Shown here piece by piece: positions 45,642-54,888 of a stretch of DNA of 64,000 nucleotides; position 1 is the stretch's first letter, and each line of letters starts with the position of its first letter. The stretch lies in IMG/VR virus record IMGVR_UViG_3300037042_007110, positions 1 through 64,000 of that record, one strand, 5' to 3'. A program made the position numbers and the translations under genes. The DNA comes from an uncultured virus (IMG/VR IMGVR_UViG_3300037042_007110) (lineage: Duplodnaviria > Heunggongvirae > Uroviricota > Caudoviricetes). The notes under the pieces are model-generated. The model ran no database searches. It saw only the letters and a program-made list of their open reading frames with translations, and was not told the DNA's origin.

Positions 45642-47257
45642 TCCACGTTCGGCGCATCCAGACGGACCACGTCCTCGGCCACGACGCCGTGACCCTGGAC
45701 CTACCTGACACCGGGGTCGTGGTCATCACCGGCGACAACGGGGCGGGGAAGTCGACGTGCATCGAGGCGGTCGCTGCCGCGCTCTGGGGAAAGACGCTTC
45801 GTGGCTCGCCGTGGCATGTTGAGGGCGTCCGAAGCTACGTGCTGCTCGACACGGAGATGGCGGTGGTGGAACGGGTGCGCGACCACAAGACGAACGTGGT
45901 CCGCTTCGCCCCGCCCGGGGGCAGCCGGCGGGAGTTCGAGACGGCGACGAAGGCGCAAGCCGAGCTCGACAGCCTCGTCGGCGACCTCGAGACGTGGCGC
46001 CGGACGAGCGTGTTCTCGTCGCAGGACGTCCTGTCCTTCAGCCTCGCCACAGACGCGGAGCGGAAGCGACTGGTCGAGGGGATGCTCGGCCTCCACGTCT
46101 TCGACATCGGCCTGGACGCCTGCCGCAAGGACATCGCTGAGGCGCGTCAGGGAGCAGCGAACGCCGCGTCTGCCGTGCGCACCATGCAGGCAAGGTTGGA
46201 AGGCGAACGGAAGCGGCTCGTGGACGCAGGCGGCGGGCCGGGCGCCGAGCCGCCGCATACCGCCCCTTCCGAGGTGCGGAAGCTGGAAGCCGCGCTGGCG
46301 GAAGCCAGGCGGGACGGAACCGTTGCCTCCAGGGCGAGCGCAACGGCAGCTGCAGAGGCAACTGCGCTTCGCCAGAAGGCGGCCGATGCGCGGCGGGTTG
46401 TGGAGCGGGCGCAGGCCATGACCCACTGTCCGACGTGTGCGCAGCCTGTGGACGACGCGGTCCGCGCCCGGCTCGGCGCTGGTGCTGCCGAGACGGTGCG
46501 AGCAGCGGAGGCTGGCGCGCCCGCCGCGGAGGAGAGCGCACGGGCGTCGGCCGATGAAGCCGCCGAGCTGGCTGACGAGCAACAGGCGCTGGCCGAGCGT
46601 GTCGGAACGGCCCGGGCCGCGGTCGTCGCCCGTCGCGAATGGGAGGAGCGCGACCGCTACCACCGCGAGAAGGCGGCGGAGGTGCAGCGGGCGGTCCGCG
46701 AGGCGGAGGGCGAGTTGCTCGATTTGGAGGACGCGGCGTCGGCGGCGGACGCTCGGTTGGCCGAGCTTCAAGCCGTGGAGCGCGTGCTTGGCCTGCGCGG
46801 TGTCAGGAGTCACGTCATCGCCGGGGCGCTCGGTGGGCTGGAGGCCGTAGCGAATGCCTGGCTCGACCGCCTGATGCCCGGCGGAGCGATCTCGTTGCGG
46901 TCGGACAGCGAGACGGCCCGGGGCGGGACGGTCGAGCGGATCGCCCTGGACATCCACGGGCTCGGCCACGACCACGGCTACAAGGGATGCTCGGGCGGGG
47001 AGCGCCGTCGTGTGGACGTTGCCATGGTGCTCGCGCTTGCCGAGGTCCACGCAGCCGCCGCCGGGACAGGCCAAGGGACGATGTGGTTCGACGAGGTCTT
47101 CGATACGCTGGACCCGGCTGGCATCGCCGGCGTCTCCGAAGCCCTTTCCGAGATCGCCGAGGACCGCTGCGTGGTGGTCATCACCCACTCCGACGACGTT
47201 GCCTCCGAGCTGGACGCCGCCCAGCGGTTCGTGTTCGCGAACGGCGTTGCTTCCTGA
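45638..47257 (+). CDS. Rad50/SbcC-like ABC ATPase
   Basis: GDNGAGKS, coiled coil with CPTC zinc hook, SGGE signature, FDEVFDTLD, ITH. Confidence 0.93.
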   Translation: MIHVRRIQTDHVLGHDAVTLDLPDTGVVVITGDNGAGKSTCIEAVAAALWGKTLRGSPWHVEGVRSYVLLDTEMAVVERVRDHKTNVVRFAPPGGSRREFETATKAQAELDSLVGDLETWRRTSVFSSQDVLSFSLATDAERKRLVEGMLGLHVFDIGLDACRKDIAEARQGAANAASAVRTMQARLEGERKRLVDAGGGPGAEPPHTAPSEVRKLEAALAEARRDGTVASRASATAAAEATALRQKAADARRVVERAQAMTHCPTCAQPVDDAVRARLGAGAAETVRAAEAGAPAAEESARASADEAAELADEQQALAERVGTARAAVVARREWEERDRYHREKAAEVQRAVREAEGELLDLEDAASAADARLAELQAVERVLGLRGVRSHVIAGALGGLEAVANAWLDRLMPGGAISLRSDSETARGGTVERIALDIHGLGHDHGYKGCSGGERRRVDVAMVLALAEVHAAAAGTGQGTMWFDEVFDTLDPAGIAGVSEALSEIAEDRCVVVITHSDDVASELDAAQRFVFANGVAS

Positions 47258-47318
47258 CGTCCTGCCTTGCAGGAAACCCACAGACGCTCAATAACGGAAG
47301 GGGAGTGGAGGTAGCGCG

Positions 47319-47576
47319 ATGGGGCTCTACGACAGGCAGACCAGCCTCAAGATGTCCGAGGCGGAGGAGCTGTCTTGGCGACAGGCGGCGGCGGCGAACG
47401 GGATGCCGCTTCAGACGTGGATGCGTGTGACGCTGGACTACGCGGCGGGGTGCGGTCAACTGGCCGAGCAACTGACCGCGGCGGCCGGAGCGCAGCGGGT
47501 CGAGCACGCGGCGCTCATGCGGGACGCGAAGGCGCTCGGCGGGCCGACGAAGGCGCAGGGCGGGCGGAGGAGGTAG
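47319..47576 (+). CDS. Ribbon-helix-helix-like DNA-binding protein
   Basis: TSLKMSEAEELSWRQAAAANGMPLQTWMRVTL pattern; GGAGG RBS. Confidence 0.65.
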   Translation: MGLYDRQTSLKMSEAEELSWRQAAAANGMPLQTWMRVTLDYAAGCGQLAEQLTAAAGAQRVEHAALMRDAKALGGPTKAQGGRRR

Positions 47577-48019
47577 TGCCGACCGCGCGGGTCACCGTCT
47601 GTGCCGAGTTGCCCGGGCTTGTGGACTGGCTGCTCGGATGGAACCGCTCGGCGCCAAGAGGCTCCGACCTCTGGCCGGACCAGGTCGCCGCCCTGTCCCG
47701 CGTGGCCGCGCGCCTGGCGAACGAGCCGACGGAAGACGACCCCGAGCACCGGCAGGCCTGGAAGCCGTCCGACACGCTCGTCCGGGTCAACAACTTCTGG
47801 ACGGACGTGGCGTACCTGAAAGCCCGTGGCCCGCGCGGGCCGGCTGGCCGTGTGTTGTGGCCTCCGAAGGACAGGGAGCTGATCACGCACGCTCGGTACG
47901 TTTGCCAGCTCGCCGTGGCGGCCCGGCCGCACCCCGACGAAGTGGCCGCTGCTCTGGAGCGGTTGCTGCTGGCGGCGAACATCATGGAGGCGGAGTGGCG
48001 CCTGGGAGGCGGGCTGTGA
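47576..48019 (+). CDS. Hypothetical protein with C-terminal AEWRLG motif
   Basis: GGAGGAGG RBS, TAGTG overlap; ends IMEAEWRLGGGL. Confidence 0.6.
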   Translation: MPTARVTVCAELPGLVDWLLGWNRSAPRGSDLWPDQVAALSRVAARLANEPTEDDPEHRQAWKPSDTLVRVNNFWTDVAYLKARGPRGPAGRVLWPPKDRELITHARYVCQLAVAARPHPDEVAAALERLLLAANIMEAEWRLGGGL

Positions 48020-48324
48020 CCGTTACCGACCGCACGTCCGCCGACGAGCTGCGCGACCTCATGCTTGCGCTCTGCGGCGAAGCGATTCAAATGGGGTGCT
48101 CGAGCTGGTACTTGTCAAGCGAGGTGCGGCGGCTCCGCGGAATGGACTGTTCCGCCCCCATTCGCAAGCAGACCAGGGACGGCTTCAGGCGGTCGATGAG
48201 CGTCGTGGACTCCATCGCCCTCGGGATGCCGGCGAGCGCAGCCTTCAGGGAGATGCGCGCTGCAGTCGGCCGTGCCTGGTCCATCATGGACGCGGAGTGG
48301 CGCTTGGGCGGGCTGGGCCTGTGA
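48016..48324 (+). CDS. Hypothetical protein with C-terminal AEWRLG motif
   Basis: GTGA overlap; ends IMDAEWRLGGLGL. Confidence 0.6.
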   Translation: MTVTDRTSADELRDLMLALCGEAIQMGCSSWYLSSEVRRLRGMDCSAPIRKQTRDGFRRSMSVVDSIALGMPASAAFREMRAAVGRAWSIMDAEWRLGGLGL

Positions 48325-48361
48325 GCATCGGATTGCCAGCGGCCGGCGGCGGGGCGGGTCG

Positions 48362-48883
48362 ATGAGGCGGCCGGCCGGCTGGGCGCTGACCGACCCGGAG
48401 TTCGGCACGCCGCCCGCGCTGGCGAAGTCGCTGGCTGTTCGGTGGGCTGGCGGCGCGTTCGACCTGGACGTGGCCGCCAGCGACGCGCTCCACGTCTGTC
48501 CGACCTACTTCACCGCCCGCGACGACGGGCTGACGCAGCCGTGGGCCGGCGTCTGCTACATGAACTGCCCCTACGGAACGGCCGAGCAGCGATGGGTGAC
48601 GAAGGCGCGGGCGGAGGTGCTGACCGGGCGGGCTCGCCGCGTTGTCGCCCTTCTGCCTGCGAAGACGGGGAAGGTCTGGTGGCGAAGGTTCATCGTCGCT
48701 CAGGATCAGCCTCCGGCCGGTGGGCTCGTCCTCGTGTACCCCGCGTTCCACTTGGAGTTCCTGCCCAACAAGCTGCGGTACGTGCGGCCGGATGGGGTGC
48801 CGCTCGACAAGGCACGGTTCTACTCGGTCGTGGTCGTGTTCGAGGACTGGGCGGGCCGCGCTCGGTGCGCGGGCGCTCAATGA
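48362..48883 (+). CDS. Phage-type DNA N6-adenine methyltransferase (Dam-like), NCPY variant
   Basis: FGTP, FDLDVAAS, DDGLTQPW, YMNCPYG, VALLPAKT..WW motifs. Confidence 0.85.
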   Translation: MRRPAGWALTDPEFGTPPALAKSLAVRWAGGAFDLDVAASDALHVCPTYFTARDDGLTQPWAGVCYMNCPYGTAEQRWVTKARAEVLTGRARRVVALLPAKTGKVWWRRFIVAQDQPPAGGLVLVYPAFHLEFLPNKLRYVRPDGVPLDKARFYSVVVVFEDWAGRARCAGAQ

Positions 48884-49959
48884 GCGCGGTGGGGAACGGG
48901 ACCATGCAGCTTCACGAACAGAACCCGGAGTTGACCGCTCGCGTGATGGCCGCGGTGCGGCGGTCGAAGCGCAAGGACGGGCTGACAGCGACCAACGTTG
49001 GCCGGCGGTGCGGGCTTCCACCGTCGAACTCCGGGAAGGACGACCCCGACGTGCGGATGCGTGTCCAAGGCTCGTACCAGGAGGTGCGTGTGCTGCTCGG
49101 CTACCTCGTCGACATCGGGTGGCTCGAGAGGCTCCGTGGGCGGGGCGGCTCCTCGTACCGTCTGGCGTCGGAGACTGTTCGCGAGCAACACGTCACGGAC
49201 GCCGGCAGAAACGCGGCGGCCGAGGACGTGTGCCGCGCGCTCGGTGTCCTGTACGACGGCACCCCGACCGTCTACATCAGGGCGGAAGAGATGCCGGACG
49301 TGCGGTCGGTGCTCCTGATGACCGGGCTGGTCGCGAGCGGGCCGCCGCACGGACGGGCGATCACGCTGACGCTGACGGCGGACGAGGCGACGTTGATCCG
49401 GGGACTCCTAGAGCCGGCGCGAATCGAGGAGGCGGTGCTCTTGGACCGGCTTGGCGCAGCAGTGGCGCGGGCAGCGACCCGGCGGCTGGGTGTGGAACCG
49501 TGCCCAGCCTGCAGCGGCGGCGGTGTCGTGAGCCACACGGACTACGTCGGCTACCACAGCTGGCCCTGTGATCGGTGCGGCGGCTCCGGCGATGCGCCCG
49601 GAGGCGATCCAGCGGCGAGTACAGCGACACCGGACCTGCAACGACGGGCTCGCCGGCTCTCGTGCTCGCCGGATTGCCCGGGTTACAGGACGGTGCGCGG
49701 GTTCGCAACGAGCATCCTCCCAAGCGATTACATCCAGGTCGTCGGGTGCCGAAAGTGCGGGCTGTACAGGAACCGAGAGGCGGCGCTCGCCATATCGGCG
49801 GACCGAGCGATTGCGGTCGACGTCCGATCCGGAGTTCGGCGCCCGGTCATCGGGTCCGACGCGTGGATGAACTTCCGGAATCTCGTGTACGCCATTCCAG
49901 TCGAGGACGTCGTGGCGCTCGACTTGGCCCTCCCGGCGGCCGGAGGGGATGGGGGCTGA
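48880..49959 (+). CDS. Multi-domain protein: winged-HTH plus CxxCxGxG and further Cys clusters
   Basis: LLGYLVDIGWLER...SSYRL wHTH end; CPACSGGG, CDRCGGSG, CSPDC, CRKC; start may be 48904. Confidence 0.55.
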   Translation: MSAVGNGTMQLHEQNPELTARVMAAVRRSKRKDGLTATNVGRRCGLPPSNSGKDDPDVRMRVQGSYQEVRVLLGYLVDIGWLERLRGRGGSSYRLASETVREQHVTDAGRNAAAEDVCRALGVLYDGTPTVYIRAEEMPDVRSVLLMTGLVASGPPHGRAITLTLTADEATLIRGLLEPARIEEAVLLDRLGAAVARAATRRLGVEPCPACSGGGVVSHTDYVGYHSWPCDRCGGSGDAPGGDPAASTATPDLQRRARRLSCSPDCPGYRTVRGFATSILPSDYIQVVGCRKCGLYRNREAALAISADRAIAVDVRSGVRRPVIGSDAWMNFRNLVYAIPVEDVVALDLALPAAGGDGG

Positions 49960-50389
49960 CGTGCGCCAGAAGTTGGCCGCGCTGCTCGATCACCACGCTC
50001 CGCCAGAGGCGGTCGCCGCCTACCGACTGAGCGGCGGCCCGGCGACCGGCTTCGTGGTCCTGTCGGCACTCGAGACGGGGCTCTCGCACCACCCGGCGCT
50101 CCTGCTCCTCCTCTGCGACGACGGCGGGCCACCTTTGGCCGGGAAGCGATGGTGGGCGGGCCGTGGCTTCGTCGCGTTGACCCAGGTCATGCGGCCGACC
50201 AGCGGGGAGGCGGCGGACACGGACATCAGCACGACGGAGGTCCAGCTCCTGAACATCGACCCCGTGCAGGCGGACGGGCTGGAGGGTGCGGTCCGGCCCG
50301 GGGCGCGGCTGTCGCTGGCGTTCGACGCCATCCGGCGTCGCTGGTGCATTGGGGTTGACCGTGGGCGCGGGGATGTGGAGTGGTGGTGA
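49949..50389 (+). CDS. Hypothetical protein, motif-bearing (APPEAVAAYRLS)
   Basis: GGAGG RBS; chained overlap with neighbours. Confidence 0.6.
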   Translation: MGADVRQKLAALLDHHAPPEAVAAYRLSGGPATGFVVLSALETGLSHHPALLLLLCDDGGPPLAGKRWWAGRGFVALTQVMRPTSGEAADTDISTTEVQLLNIDPVQADGLEGAVRPGARLSLAFDAIRRRWCIGVDRGRGDVEWW

Positions 50390-50754
50390 TGCCCAAGCAG
50401 CGGCACCGACTCCCGGGGAACCTGTTCGAGCGCATGCACGACGCCTTCGTGGAGGCGGCCGGAAACGACACGCCCGGGCTGGTCGGCGCGCTGCTCGGGT
50501 TTCTGCCACCGGAGATAGCGGCCGAGGTGAGGCTAGGCGGCGGGGCGCGCGTCAACATGTGGTTCGAGCACAGGAACAGCCTGGCGTTCGCCTACGCGTC
50601 GCTCGATGGGAGGACGTATCGGGTCGGGTGCTTGGACCGCGCCGACACCGAGGGTTTCCGGCGCCTTGTGGCTGCTGCGTTCGAGTGCCACATTCAGCTC
50701 CGGGTGCCACGTCAAGAGGCGCGGGCGCTCTGGAGGGGGACGAGGCGGCCGTGA
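50389..50754 (+). CDS. Hypothetical protein, motif-bearing (LPPEIAAEVRLG)
   Basis: TGATG coupling; also DGRTYRVG. Confidence 0.65.
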   Translation: MPKQRHRLPGNLFERMHDAFVEAAGNDTPGLVGALLGFLPPEIAAEVRLGGGARVNMWFEHRNSLAFAYASLDGRTYRVGCLDRADTEGFRRLVAAAFECHIQLRVPRQEARALWRGTRRP

Positions 50755-51113
50755 CGCACTGGCTGGATCGTCAGGTCTCTATTTCCAAGGCTGAGGGGCT
50801 GCGCATCCACAGGCGGATCGTGCGGAAGTTGCCAATGGTGGGTCAGGCGGCCGCTCGGCTCGGCGAGCCCGTGGCGCTTATGATCGAGACGGTGACCGTG
50901 CGCGGCAAGCCGTACGCGTGGATCAACCACGTTGTCTGGGCACGGACCTTGAGTTCCAACGAGCGTTGGACGCGGGTGTCGACGCTGTTGATGGCCAAGA
51001 CTGCGCGCAAGTACCTGACCGCGGCGCGGGCCGTTGGCTGGTCCGTGGAGTTCCGGAAGCGGAGCATGAGCGACGAGCAGCCGGACCAGCCAATGCCGGA
51101 AGACGAGGCGTGA
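50751..51113 (+). CDS. Hypothetical protein, motif-bearing (LPMVGQAAARLG)
   Basis: GTGA overlap, GAGG RBS. Confidence 0.6.
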   Translation: MTHWLDRQVSISKAEGLRIHRRIVRKLPMVGQAAARLGEPVALMIETVTVRGKPYAWINHVVWARTLSSNERWTRVSTLLMAKTARKYLTAARAVGWSVEFRKRSMSDEQPDQPMPEDEA

Positions 51114-51115
51114 GG

Positions 51116-51526
51116 ATGCCGTTCCGTCGGCGGGAGTTCGTGGGCGAGGACAGGAGCGGGCGGAACCTCTGCGACGTCTTGTTTCCCGGCACCGGGGACG
51201 ACGTGAAGGACTTGGAGGTGTCGGCCGGGCGGCTGCGGGCGCTGCTTCCGGAAGCCGTCCAGGCAGCCCTTCGGCTCGGTACACAGGGGACGCTCTGCGT
51301 CTTGACCGAGTTCCTGTGCGGCCAGCTCGAGCTCCGCCACCCGTTCGTCTGGCACGTCGTCCTGGTCGTCGACAACGAGTGCTACTCGCTTGGTGGGTGC
51401 CACGGGTGGGGCACGCCGACAGCGGTAGCCAGTTGCGCGCAGACGCTCGGCCTTGGGTACGAGGACGGGGCCGCGGAGACCCCGAAAGGCGCCCTGTTCA
51501 ACTACGACCGTGGGTGGCTGTCGTGA
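51116..51526 (+). CDS. Hypothetical protein, motif-bearing (LPEAVQAALRLG)
   Basis: ATG 2 nt after upstream stop. Confidence 0.6.
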   Translation: MPFRRREFVGEDRSGRNLCDVLFPGTGDDVKDLEVSAGRLRALLPEAVQAALRLGTQGTLCVLTEFLCGQLELRHPFVWHVVLVVDNECYSLGGCHGWGTPTAVASCAQTLGLGYEDGAAETPKGALFNYDRGWLS

Positions 51527-51536
51527 GGGCGTACTG

Positions 51537-52028
51537 ATGGGGCAACAAACGGGGCAACAAACGGGGCAACAAACCACGCAACTATGCGAGCAGCAAGGCG
51601 AAGATGGTATCGTGCTCCGAACGAGTTTGGAAGACGATTTGTTCCGGGCTTACATGACCTTCGACGGCGGGGCATCCGTGGACAGATGGGGGTACACGAA
51701 CGCCCGTCGGATGACCGATTGGAACCTGGCGAAGCAAGCCATCCTGACCGGCGTGGTGCTTCGCCGTCTGCCCGACGCGACCGGAGCAGCGATCCGTCTC
51801 GGCGAGCGGGCGTGCGCGGTGGTGACGGTTGAGACCAGGGAGCACCGGCGACGGAAGCCGGGAGGGCACGTCGTTGTTCGGCAGCTCAATCTGCACGCGC
51901 TGGTGAGGGTGCTGGGACGGACGTATCGGCTCGGCTCCGTCCGACGCAAGCGGGCCAGGGAGCTGTTGAGGGAGGCGTTGCTCGGGTGTTGCGTGTCGGT
52001 GTGCTGGGACGGGAACGTGCTGAAGTGA
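51537..52028 (+). CDS. Hypothetical protein, motif-bearing (LPDATGAAIRLG)
   Basis: Begins with GQQT repeats; also LGRTYRLG. Confidence 0.6.
   Translation: MGQQTGQQTGQQTTQLCEQQGEDGIVLRTSLEDDLFRAYMTFDGGASVDRWGYTNARRMTDWNLAKQAILTGVVLRRLPDATGAAIRLGERACAVVTVETREHRRRKPGGHVVVRQLNLHALVRVLGRTYRLGSVRRKRARELLREALLGCCVSVCWDGNVLK
51539..51574 (+). repeat. 12-bp tandem repeat GGGGCAACAAAC x3
   Basis: Three perfect copies read directly. Confidence 0.95.
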
Positions 52029-52525
52029 GCCGGCCCGGACCACTCGTCATCGCGCCTCCGGTGACGCTCGCGGTGGTCGCGAGCGCGCTTCTCCAGCGGG
52101 TGTGCGACGTGCTGCCGCCGGACAAGGCGGCGCTGCTCCGGCTTGGCCAGACGTTCCCGTTGGCGATCGGCTGGCGCTTCCTGGCGAAGTACTCGGACGG
52201 CCCGAGGGGAAGCGGCCGGCTCCACGTCTGCGTCCGCGCCGTGGGGAAACGCGACGGGTGTTCGGCCTACCTGGGCTTCCTGCCCGGTTTCGACAAGTCG
52301 GGTCAGGACGCGACGACCATCACGCAGGCGGCCATGGAGTACGGCTGGGCTGTGGACCCCGGCGCCTACGCAGCCGAAAGCGCGTGCTCCTCGTGCAGAC
52401 GCCGGTCGCGCGACCCGACGACCCCGTACATGGCGCGGTGCTGGTGGCACCATCGGACGCTCAAGCGCCGGGTCGCCCTGCTCCAGCGTCCTCGGGGCGT
52501 CGGCGGGCCGACCTGGTCGTGGTAG
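52025..52525 (+). CDS. Hypothetical protein, motif-bearing (LPPDKAALLRLG) with CxxC..C..H tail
   Basis: GTGA overlap; CSSC...CWWH. Confidence 0.6.
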   Translation: MSRPGPLVIAPPVTLAVVASALLQRVCDVLPPDKAALLRLGQTFPLAIGWRFLAKYSDGPRGSGRLHVCVRAVGKRDGCSAYLGFLPGFDKSGQDATTITQAAMEYGWAVDPGAYAAESACSSCRRRSRDPTTPYMARCWWHHRTLKRRVALLQRPRGVGGPTWSW

Positions 52526-52567
52526 ACGACCTTCCGCGTCCGCCGAAGCGGTGACCGCTCGCCAGCT

Positions 52568-52634
52568 TGCAGACGCCGTGCAGACGATGCTGACCGGTGC
52601 AGACGATGCTGACCAGGTGCAGACGATGCAGACC
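52568..52634 (+). repeat. Intergenic array of TGC(A/T)GAC cores; GTGCAGACGATGC(T/A)GACC x3
   Basis: 18-mer copies at 52578, 52597, 52617; seven TGCWGAC cores spaced 9-11 bp. Confidence 0.9.
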
Positions 52635-52644
52635 CCGCTCCCAC

Positions 52645-53784
52645 CTATCGGACCCAGTCGGTGAGCGGCATGAGGATGTCCAGGTCGCGAGGCCCGAGCC
52701 GGCACTGGCGCGCCCCTGCCCGCCGGAGCCAGGCGGGGAGCGTCTCCTTGTTGTGGATGCCCCGCATCAGCCAGTAGAAGCGGAAGGCGCCGAGCGCGCG
52801 GTCCGTCCAGTAACGGCCCACGTGCTTGCCGGCCCGTTCGATCTTGTCCAGCGGGACGTACTGCTGCGGGTACGGGCGGATGCCGAGCCGGAGGACCTCC
52901 ATCAGCTTGTAGTGCGACTCCGCCGGCGTGTCGTGGAAGTTGTAGAGCACGAACGCCATCATGTCCTCGACGTGGCACCCCGCCTTGATGAGCCGGCGGG
53001 CCGCCGACTGGAACACGCCATCGTCGCCGACCCGGTCGAAGCTCATGCGGAGCCCCGACAGCCCGTACCGAAGCCGGGCCAGCCGTGCGGCCACGTCGTC
53101 GTCGACCCGGTGGCAGTCGAAGCCGTTGTCGAAGCACGCCTTGAGTCCCGACGCTTCCACGGCGTCCAGCACGGCGGTCCAGTGGGCGTCGGGCCACGCG
53201 AGCAGGTTGTTGTCGCTGACGAGGACCGTGTCCTTGCCGCGGACGACCATCTGCTCACGCCACCCCTCGACGACGTAGCGGGGCCGCTCGATGCGTCCGA
53301 CCACGCAGTATGGGCAGGAGTTTGGGCAGCCGCGGGTCGTGTAGACGAAGGCGGCCGTCTCGAACTTGGGGTCGGGCCGCCAGGCGAGCGAGTAGTCGGG
53401 ACGGACCGCGTCCAGTACCGGGGAGGTGCCGCAGAAGACGTCGGCCCCGGTCGCCCCGGCCACAAGGTCGGGCATGAGCGACGCCAGTACCCCGCCAACC
53501 ACGATGCGAGCTCGCGGCGCGACTCGCCTCGCCCGGTCGATGGACTGGATGAGGATGGTCAAGTCCTGCGTCCACAACGACCCCACGCAGACCAGGTCCA
53601 CGTCCGCGTCGCCACGGTTCAGCCACCGCCCGTACCGCGGCGCCTTCCCAGCCAGCCGTAGATAACCCGCGATCCGCGCGAGTCCCATCGGGATGTGCTT
53701 CCGCCGATGCGGCGGCTCGAGCAGGAATACCACCCGCCCGGCGTCCAGCGCTCCGAGCATCTCCGCTTCCGTCAGTCGTGCCAT
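52645..53784 (-). CDS. Radical SAM protein with N-terminal cobalamin-binding-like domain
   Basis: PMGLARIAGYL and IVVGG.AS (B12-binding-like), TTRGCPNSCPYC (CxxxCxxC), SDNNLL, FVLYNF.DT; GGAAGGAG RBS. Confidence 0.88.
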   Translation of the reverse strand: MARLTEAEMLGALDAGRVVFLLEPPHRRKHIPMGLARIAGYLRLAGKAPRYGRWLNRGDADVDLVCVGSLWTQDLTILIQSIDRARRVAPRARIVVGGVLASLMPDLVAGATGADVFCGTSPVLDAVRPDYSLAWRPDPKFETAAFVYTTRGCPNSCPYCVVGRIERPRYVVEGWREQMVVRGKDTVLVSDNNLLAWPDAHWTAVLDAVEASGLKACFDNGFDCHRVDDDVAARLARLRYGLSGLRMSFDRVGDDGVFQSAARRLIKAGCHVEDMMAFVLYNFHDTPAESHYKLMEVLRLGIRPYPQQYVPLDKIERAGKHVGRYWTDRALGAFRFYWLMRGIHNKETLPAWLRRAGARQCRLGPRDLDILMPLTDWVR

Positions 53785-54044
53785 CGTCGCGTGGCTCCTT
53801 CCCAGCCCACGCCCCGAACTCTACCGGGTGGTGGCCAGCGTATCCAGTGGCCAAGCCCTCGGCGGCCCGTGAGCAACAGGACGGGGAAGTAGGACGGACG
53901 GAGCAGCGCGGCCGGCTTGGGTGGTTGCCCGGTGTACCCGGCCGCGGTGACGGCGCCGGGTGCAGAAGCGGGCGCACCCCGTTGTCAGGCTGGATGACCG
54001 GCCCCAGGTCGAGTACAGTCGTGTGGACAACGGAGGCGGTCCCC

Positions 54045-54860
54045 GTGAGCGAGAAGTCAGAACCCCTGTGCAAGCCAATCGAGCGGGAGGTCTATGACGC
54101 GCTGCTCGCTGCGTTTCGTGCCGTACCCGGAAACGTCAGTGCTGCTGCGAAGGCGGCGGGGGTCGCGCGTAAAACGGCACGATTAGCACTACTTAGGGGC
54201 TGGCCGGCCCGCCGGTGGCCGCCGATTCGGGACGTGTTGGAGCAGGAGCAACGGCTGGCCAGGGCGATCCGATTTCAGGCCGATGGTGGGGGCGTGCAGG
54301 CGCCCGGCGGCGATACAGCTTCCGTGCAGACGCCGGGTTCTATGGCAGCACTCCAGGCCTCCCCGCAGGGGCTCCATCCCGAAGCCGCACGGAAGCTGGC
54401 CTTGGACGCGGAAGCGGCCGCGCTCGACGCAGCCCGGGCACGAGCTCAGGAAGGACAGATGGTCCAGCTGTCCCGCGGCAACACCATTGCCCTGATGGGC
54501 ACGACAAGCCACCTGCTCCGAGCGGGCGTGGCCCGTGCGCAGGCGCTGCAGAAGTCGCTGGACGCTGGCGATGTGCTGCTGACGCCCGCGCAGACGTTGC
54601 AGTTCGTCTCGAGCTGCGGGTACTTGGCGAAGACCGCGGCCGAAGCCGCGGAGACCACCATGCGAATGGAGCGCCTCCTCCTCGGCGCGCCGACCGAGAT
54701 ACTCGGCATCCAGGCCGACCGCATGTCCATGGACGACGCCGAGCGCGTCATCGACATGGCCTCCCGGGCGCTCGAGCGCGTCCGAGCCCAGGAAGGCCTC
54801 GTGCGGGTCGAGGCTTACGTCGTGGACCCGCCGCCCAAGGGCGAGCCGCGCAAGCCGTGA
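54045..54860 (+). CDS. HTH protein resembling terminase small subunit
   Basis: GNVSAAAKAAGVARKTAR N-terminal HTH then helical body and MERLLLGAPTEI; GGAGG RBS before GTG. Confidence 0.55.
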   Translation: MSEKSEPLCKPIEREVYDALLAAFRAVPGNVSAAAKAAGVARKTARLALLRGWPARRWPPIRDVLEQEQRLARAIRFQADGGGVQAPGGDTASVQTPGSMAALQASPQGLHPEAARKLALDAEAAALDAARARAQEGQMVQLSRGNTIALMGTTSHLLRAGVARAQALQKSLDAGDVLLTPAQTLQFVSSCGYLAKTAAEAAETTMRMERLLLGAPTEILGIQADRMSMDDAERVIDMASRALERVRAQEGLVRVEAYVVDPPPKGEPRKP

Positions 54861-54888
54861 GCGCGGGCGGACGAGGCTGCCTGCCGCG

